DNA from: Squalus acanthias
Lineage: Eukaryota
Direction of reading: 5' to 3'
Assembly (NCBI GenBank): GCA_030390025.1
Contig: CM059445.1
Span: 58,900,001 to 58,964,000 of the forward strand
Length of the DNA stretch: 64,000 bases
In this document: positions 43,701 through 52,700 of the stretch, piece by piece
Layout of the letters: each line of letters opens with the position of its first letter
How positions within the stretch are numbered: the stretch's first letter is position 1
The notes under the pieces: model-generated
Seen by the model: only the letters and a program-made list of their open reading frames with translations
Databases searched by the model: none
Told to the model about the DNA's origin: nothing
Translations under genes and position numbers: made by a program

Positions 43701-46700
43701 CAAAGTAAAGCTCCCTCTACACTGTCGGACGGCACCTCCGACAGTGCAGCACCCCCTCAGTACTGCAGTTGGGGTGTCAGCCTAGATTTTGTGCTGAAGT
43801 TTCTGGAGTGGGTCTCTGTCAGCATTTTCTGTGCAACAAATGATCGCGCAAAGGCCAGCGGGAGACCTTGCACGCAGATTGTCGATCAATAGATTACTGC
43901 AACAAGACTAAACGACTCCTTAACCCTTTCATCGCTACCCCTCTACTTACCTTGAGTGAACAGCCTCTCTGCCACGTGTTTAAGGGGACAGGTAAGTGAG
44001 AAATAGATTCTTTCAGCTTGCTCAAGTTTTCCACAGTTGGCTGAGACTGAGATGGAGTAGGCAGAGGAGGAAGGAAAAAGTAAAATGAGGTCACCTGGTG
44101 CCTGAGTTAGCTTTCAGTGTAGACATCATTCTTCTGGGAGGAAGGGTTTTAGGTTCACTGTCAATTAACTCACTTGTTCTTGGTCCAGTCATTACAGATG
44201 AGGATGGTGATGGTTTTTTATTCTTCGGGATAGATCATTCATTTATTTTCATGTGGCTTCCTTCTTGCCCATTGACTCTTGCGATCTGAGGTATGGAGAG
44301 TGGTCCCTGTAGTTTTATGGAGTGGACCCAATTGCTCCTAACCCTGAGCCATCTCCATATTCCTAGTTATGGTTAATCCATTACCTGAGGTCCTTTATTC
44401 TGCCTTCCGGGGCACCGCCTTCCCTGAATCCAAGCCTCCTTGGGCTAGCCAAAAGATTTTTTGCGTTGGGGCTGTGTGAAAAGCATCCACACTCTTCCGC
44501 CCCCCCCCCAATATGCTCTGTGAAAACCAGGCTCCGACAAGCAGCTGATTAAGGATGTTCTTACTTCTTAACAGTAACCTTCACAGATGACGCGAGTCCA
44601 GTTCATCCAAAGTCCTGTAATCTTTTGCTATCTTCGCCTCGCAGGGTAACCGAGCAACGAGCATTGCGGGAACCTCTTAACATCTCCGGGAAAAAAAAAA
44701 ATCCTTTCTGAAGCTCTGTGTATTGGAGTGCTGCAAATTAAACAGTACAAGCTGACAGACAGGATACGATTCCTTTTCATGTTTTGTTGGCGTGGAGTCC
44801 TGTTCCATTGCAGCATCCCCTGGGATAGACCCAACTTAGTATTATTCAATAAGAGTCTGCACAGTCAGCACTCCAGCCCAGCTGCATCGCCCTCTGATTG
44901 ATGCAGCGTTTGGAGATATAGATTTTTTTTCCCAGAGCTTTAAAGCACAGCAATATGCAAATAGAGCTGCAAAGGGTGAAGGCACAACTGCATGATGACA
45001 GAAGCACTGAAGCTGCTGCAGGTTGGGCAACTGAAGAGAAAGTTGCGCCATCAGGGCTGCTTATCAATGGGGAGTTCTGTTAACAGGACCCTTCTTAAGG
45101 AGGGTGGTCTTACCAACGGGACCCCTGTGAAAAAGTTGGCCTCGCTAAACCTCTCCTCTTATAAGACGTTCCTTAAAACCTACCCCTATGACCAAGCTTT
45201 TGGTCTCCTGTCCTAATAATCTCCTTATGTGGCTCGGTGTCAAATTTTGTTTGATTATCGCTCCTGTGAAGCACCTTGGGACGTTTTACTACGTTAAAGG
45301 CGCTACTTAAATGCAAGTTGTTGTTGACTCGCCACATGGACCGCTTTTGAACAGGGAGTGTCAGCATCATGACTCTTTGTAAAGAGGGAGGCTCTCCATC
45401 AGACTCCCCTGTAAAGGGGGTCTATCATCCCTGGTGGTGTTGACACGCTGATTAATTGTTTGGGGCACATGATGAGAGGGTGAGCCATGTTGTTGTTTGA
45501 CTCTTTTCTCCCTACTGGTACAGTCCTGGGCGATGTGCAACCTGGTGGCCTGGGGCCTGGGGTCAGATTTTGAGACTTGGCTTATTTGAGATACTTAAAT
45601 TTTTGCACCTCCAAAAGGCACCAAATTCGCAAGGACATCCATACCTCACCATTAACTGGAGTCTAATGAAATTGAACTAAAAAAATCTCAGTGTACTAAG
45701 ATGCAAAAACCTCAAAACATACACGCTCAATAAGATAGTCATAGAGTCATAGGGGGAGAAATTCAGTATCGCCCCATTTGGGGCGCAATTATCGGCCGGG
45801 CGCAAAGATTAGCGCCTGGCGCTAATTATCGCCACCGACTGCAAACTTGACTTTTATCGCCCCTGGAGGTGATTGCAGCGCTAAATCAGGTGCTTCACAC
45901 CTGTCTTAAGGCGCAAAGGCCGAGGAGCGAGGCGCTACCTCAGAGCGCTGGTGAAGCTCATGTGATGTCAGTCAGCAATGGAACACACACACAATGGCAT
46001 GGGCCAGTTCTTAAAGGGGATGGTTAATCTTGCTTTCCATCCACATCCTGCTCATTGCAGCCTTGAATCTCGGCCTGGAGAGACCTGCACATCAAATGTG
46101 CTGGAAAGAACAATGGAGAGTACCAGGCAAAGAGCTCAGAGTGCAGCCCCCACAATCTCTGCTAAATCGATACAAGGAATGGCAAATCAAAATGAACCTG
46201 CAAAGTGCTGCTCAGTACCCAAAACTCCTTCACACAACGTTGAATCTCTCCAGAAGTCTCTCCCTCTCTCTCTCTCAGAATGCATAGTTCAAAAATGGCA
46301 CCAACAATAAAAGGCAGGAAGCGGTCACCTTTAAATAGCGCTCCCCCTTTCCCTTCATGACTGCAGAACGCTCCCCTCAACCTGTCATTGCTAGCGTCAG
46401 GCGGTAAGGCAGGGGGCGCCACTCAATTTCCGCTCCGGGGCGTTACCGGGGCGTTGCGCACTCGAGTGACGTCATGATCTGCCGGCGCAGGAGATTGTGG
46501 CGGTAGTGTTTAGCGCCGCCGCAAAATGTCTAGTTAATTTCGCCAGCGGCGCAAACTTCACCGCGCCTGGGCGCAAGATGCTTTGCGCCCCATTAGTGCC
46601 CTCTTAAGGCGCTAACGGGAGGCGCAACCAACTGAATTTTTCCCCCATAGAGTTATACAGCACAGAAAGAGGCCCTTCGGCCCATCGTGTCCACGCCGGC

Positions 46701-49700
46701 CATCAAGCCCTATCTATTCTAATCCCATTTTCCAGCACTTGGTCCATAGCCTTGTATGCTATGGCGTTTCAAGTGCTCATCTGAATGCTTCTTGAATGTT
46801 GAGGGTTCCTGCCTCTACCACCCTTTCAGGCAGTGAGTTCCAGATTCCAACCACCCTCTGGGTGAAAAAGTTTTTCCTCAAATCCCCTCTAAACCTCCTG
46901 CCCCTTACCTTGAAACTATGCCCCCCTGGTTATTGACCCCTCTACTAAGGGGAAAAGTTCCTTTCTATCTACCCTATCTATGCCCCTCATAATTTTGTGC
47001 ACCTCAATCAGGTCCCCCCTCAGCCTTCTCTGCTCTAAGGAAAACAACCCCAGCCTGTCCAGTCTCTCTTCATAGCTGAAACGCTCCAGCCCAGATAACA
47101 TCCTGGTGAATCTCCTCTGCACCCTCTCCAATGCAATCACATCCTTCCTATAGTGTGGCGACCAGAATTGCACACAGTATTCCAGCTGTGGCCTAACTAG
47201 CATTTTGTACAGCTCCATCATAACCTCCCTGCTCTTATATTCTATGCCTCGGCTAATGAAGGCAAGTATCCCATATGCCTTATCTACCTGTCCTGCTGCC
47301 TTCAGGGATCTATGTACATGCACACCAAGGTCCCTCTGATCCTCTGTCCTTCCTAGTGTCCTACCATTCATTGTATATTCCCTTGCCTTGTTAGTCCTCC
47401 CAAAATGCATCACCTCACACTTTTCAGGCTTAAATTCCATTTGCCACTGTTCTGCCCATCTGACCAACCCATCTATATCGTCCTGTAGCCTGAGGCTTCC
47501 CTCCTCGCTATTTACCACTCCACCAATTTTCGTGTCATCTGCGAACTTACTGATCATACCTCCTACATTCATATCTAAATCATTAATGTACACTACGAAC
47601 AGCAAGCGACCCAGCACCGATCCCTGCGGTACACAGGCTTCCAGTCACAAAAACAACCTTCGACCATCACCCTCTGCCTCCTGCCACTAAGCCAATTTTG
47701 GATCCAATGTGCCAAATTGCCCTGGATCCCATGGGCTCTTCCCTTCTTGACCAGTCTCCCATGCGGGACTTTGTCAAAAGCCTTACTGAAGTCCATGTAG
47801 ACTACATCAACTGCACTAACCTCATCCACACACCTAGTCACCCCCTCGAAAAATTCAATCAAATTGGTCAGACATGATCTCCCCCTGACAAAGCCATGCT
47901 GACTATCCTTGATTAATCCTTGCCTATCCAAGTGGAGACTAATTCTGTCCCTCAGAATTTTTTCCAATAATTTCCCTACCACATGAGAAGTAGCTGACTG
48001 AGCTGGTTATCTGCAAAATATTTCTAATATATATATGGCACTCAAATCCCTTTCTCAGGGCTGAGAAAACTATCTTTTCATATTCATTCCTGGGATGTGG
48101 GCGTCGCTGGCAAGCCCAGCATTTATTGCCCATTCCTACTTGCCATTGAGAAGGTGGCAGTGAGCCGCCTTCTTGAACCGCTGCAGTCCGTGTGGTGAAG
48201 GTGCTCCCACAGTGCTGTTAGGGAGAGAGTTCCAGGATTTTGACCCAGCGACGATGAAGGAACAGCTGGTATATTTCCAAGTCAGGATGGTGTGTGACTT
48301 GGAGGGGAACTTGGAGGTCATAAGAACATAAGAAATAGGAGCAGGAGTAGGCCATTTGGCCCTTCGAACCTGCTCCACCATTCAACAAGATCATGTCTGA
48401 TCTTCTACTTCATCTCCACTTTCCTGCCCTATCCCCATATCCCTTGATTCCCTTAATATTCAAAAATCTATCGATCTCTGTCTTGAATATACTCAACGAC
48501 TGAGCCTCCACAGCTCTCTGGGGTAGAGAATTTCAAAGATTCACCACCCTCTGAGTGAAGAAATTTCTCCTCATCTCAGTCCGAAATGGCTGACCCCTTA
48601 TTCTGAGACTGTGACCCCTGGTTCTAGACTCCCCAGCCAGGGGAAACATCCTCCCTGCATCTACCCTGTCAAGCCCTATAAAAATTTTGTATGTTTCAAT
48701 GAGATCACCTCTCACTCTTCTAAACTCCAGAGAATATAGGCCTAGTCTACTCAATCTCTCCTCATAGGACAATCCCCCATCCCAGGAACCAGTCTGGTGA
48801 ACCTTCATTTCACTCCCTCTGTGGCAAGTATATCCTTCCTTAGGTAAGGAGACCAAAACTGTACACAATACTCCAGGTGTGGTCTCACCAGGGCCCCATA
48901 TAATTGCAGTAAGACGTCTTTACTCTTATACTCAAATCCTCATGTAATAAAGGCCAACATACCATTTGCTTTCCTAATTGCTTGCTGTACCTGCATGTTA
49001 ACTTTCAGTGATTCATGTACAAGGACACCCAGGTCCCTCTGAACACCAACATTTCCCAATCTCTCAACATTTAAAAAATACTCTGCTTTTCTAATTTTCC
49101 TCCACATTATATTCCATTTGCCATGTTCTTGCCCACTCACTTAGCCTGTCTATATCCCCTTGAAGCCTCCTTGCATCCTCCTCACAACTTGCATTCACAC
49201 CCAGCTTTGTATCATCAGCAAACTTGGATATATTACATTTGGTCCCCTCATCCAAATGATTGATGTAGATTGTGAATAACTGAGGTCCAAGCACTGATCC
49301 TTGCGGGAGCCCACTAGTTACAGTCTGCCATCCCGGAAATAACCCGTTTATTCCTGCTCTCTGTTTTCTGTCCATTAACCAATCCTCAATCCATGCTAGT
49401 ATATTATCCCCAATACCATGAGCCCTAATTTTGTTTAATAACCTCTTGTGTGGCACCTTATCGAATGCCTTCTGAAAATCCAAAATACACCACATCCATT
49501 GGTTCCCCCTTATCTATTCTGCTAGTTACAACCTCAAAAACTCTAACAGATTTGTCAAACACGATTTCCCTTTCATAAATCCATGTTCACTCTGCCTAAT
49601 CCAATTATTATTTTCTAAGTGCCCTGTTACCACGTCCTTAATAATAGGTTCTGTCATTTTCCCTACTACTGATGTCAGGCTAACTGGTCTGTAGATCCCC

Positions 49701-52700
49701 GTTTTCTCTCTCCTTCCTTTCTTAAATAGTGGGGTTACATTTGGTACCTTCCAATCCTTGGGAACCATTCTAGAATCTATGGAATTTTGGAAAATGACAA
49801 CCAATGCATCCACTATCTCTATAGCCACCTCTTTCAAAATCCTAAGATGTAGGCCATCAGGTCCAGGGGATTTATCGGCTTTCATTCCCATTAATTTCTC
49901 TAGTACTATTTCTTTTACTAATACTAATTTCTTTCAGTTCCTCATTCTCGCTAGACCTTTGATTCTCCACTATTTCCAGGAAGTTTTTTGCGTCTTTTTC
50001 CGTGAAGACAGACACAAAGTATTTGTTCAATTTCTCTGCCATTTCCTTATTCCCCATTATAATTTCTCCTGTCTCAGCCTGTAAGGGACCCACATTTACT
50101 TTTGCTAATCTTTTCCTTTTCACATACCTATAGAAGCTTTTACAGTCTGTTTTTATGTCTCTCGCTAGTTTACTCTCATTCTATTTTCCCTTTCTTTATC
50201 AATTTCTTGGCCCTCCTTTGCTGAATTCTAAAATCCTCCCAATCCTCAGGCTTACTACTCTTTTTTGGCAAAATAATAAGCCTCTTCCTTTGATCTAATA
50301 CTATCTTTAACATCTTTTGTTAGCCACGGTGGGGTTTTTGTGCCTTAAATGAATGTATATTTGTTGTAAATTATGTATTAATTCTTTAAATGCTAGCCAT
50401 TGCTTGTCTACCGTCATACCTTTTAATGTAGTTTCCCAATCTACCTGAGCCAACTCGCCCCTCATACCTACGTAGTTTGCTTTGTTTAGATTTAAGATCC
50501 TAGTTTCTGATTTAACTAAAGCACTTTCAAACTCAATAAAAAATTCTATCATATTATGGTCACTCTTCCCTAAAGGCCCCTTACTACAAGGTTATTAATT
50601 AACCCTTTCTCATTGCACAATACTAGATCTATAATAGCCTGTTCCCTAGTTGGTTCCTCAACATACTGATCTAGAAAACTATCCTGCATACATTCCATGA
50701 ATTCATCCTCCACACTATTACTGCAAATTTGGTTTGTCCAGTCTATATGTAGATTAACCTCCCCCATGATTACTGTATTACCCTTGTTACATACGCCTCT
50801 AATTTCCTGATTTATACTCTGCCCTACAAGACAATTACTATTTGGGGGCCTATAAACAACTCCCACCAATGTTTTCTGCCGCTTGCTGTTTCTTAGCTCC
50901 ACCCAAACGGATTCTACTTCTTGATTTTTGGAGCTAAGATCCTTTCTCTCTACTGTCTTTATCCCATCCTTTATTATCAGGGCTACCGCTCCTCCTTTTC
51001 CATTTTGCCTACCTCTTCTAAAAGTTAAGTATCCTGGAATATTTAGTTCCCAACCTTGGCCACTTTGCAACCACATCACCATTATGGCTATTAGATCAAA
51101 CCTGTTAATTTCTATCTGCGCTATCAATTCATCTATTTTGTTGCGAATGCTTGTTCCCATGCGCCTGCTGCCCTTGTCCTTCTAGGTGGTAGAGGTCGCG
51201 GGTTTGGGAGGTGCTGTTAAGACTTTATTCTCCAGTTGTGAGATAGACCATCAGACATTTTCAATCCTTTAGTTCCTGACCGTTTGTTTGCCCCACTCCC
51301 TTTAGTCCACCTTGGTTCTAGTATGGACGTCATGGTTTCACCCTACGTCATCAAGCTGAATGGCACATCAGCCAAACTGACCTGCACCTTCAACTCATGC
51401 TATGATGTCAATGTCAAGCAGTTCTCCTTAAACTGGACCTATCAGGAATGTGACAACTGCACAGAAGATCTGGTAAGGATTTTGCTTTCTTTGCTTCATT
51501 ATTTGATTGGAAGGAGATATGTGTTATTGGAAGAGTGTTTCCTTGTAAACTACCGCCCCATCTCCAACCTCCCTTTCCTCTCAAAAGTCCTTGAACGTGT
51601 TGGAGCCTGCAAAATCTGTGCCAACCTTTCCCGCAACTGTGTGTGTGAATCTCTCCAATCAGGTTTCCGCCCCTGCCACAGCACCGAAACGGTCCTATTC
51701 AAAGTCACAAATGGCATACTACGTGACTATGACTGTGGTAAACTATCCCTCTTCATCCTTCTCGACCTTTGACACGGTTGACCACACCATCCTCCTCCAA
51801 CACCTCTCCTTCGTCATCCAGCTGGGTGGGATTGCTCTCGACTGGTTCAACTCCTACCTATCCAATCATAGCCAGAGAATCTCTTCCCGCTCCTGCACGG
51901 TTACCTCTGGAGTCCCCCAGGGATCTATCCTTGGCCCCCCTCTTATTTCTCATCTGTATGCTGCCCCTCGGCGACATCATCCAAAAACACATCATCAAGT
52001 CCACGTGTACGCTGGCGATGCCCAGCTCTACATCACCACCAGCTCTCTCAACCGCTCCTCTGTCTCTGATTTGTCAGACTGCTTGTCCGACACCCAGTCC
52101 AGAATGAGACGAAATTTCCTCCAATTAAACGCTGGAAAGACCGAAGCCATTGTTTCAGTCCCCGCCACAAACTCTGTTCCCTAGCCACAGATTCCATCCC
52201 CCTTCCTGGCCACTGTCTGAGGCTGAACCAGACTGTTCACAACCTCTGTGTCCTATTTGACCCTGAGCCACATATCCTCTCCATCACAAAGACCGCCTAC
52301 TTTCACCTCCGCAATATCGCCAGTCTCTGCCCCTGCCTCAGCCCATCTGCTGCTGAAATTCTCATCTGTGCCTTTGTTACCTCCAGACTCGACTATTCCA
52401 ACGCACTCCTGGCCGGCCTCCCACCTTCCACCCTCTGTAAACATAAGCTCTTCCAAAACTTTAGCCTGTATCCTAACTCGCACCAAGTCCTGTTCACCCA
52501 TCACTCCTGTGCTCGCTGACCTACATTGGTTCTCAGTCCAGCAATGCCTCGATTTTAAAATTCATCCGAGAGTTCAAAACCCTCCATGGCCCTCACCCCT
52601 CAGTATCTCTGTAATCTCCTCCAGCCCTACGACCCTTCGAGGTATCTGCGCTCCTCTAATTCTGGCCTCTTGTGCATCCCTCACTTCCTTGACTCCATCA

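Noticed and set aside
35717-51147. Potentially active full-length CR1 elements
   Set aside because: Both long copies lack ORF1 and have frameshifts, stops or nested insertions.
51284-51772. 162-aa ORF fusing an SCN2B Ig segment to RT-like sequence
   Set aside because: Read-through of exon 2 past its strong donor into an intronic L2; no evidence for a chimeric protein.
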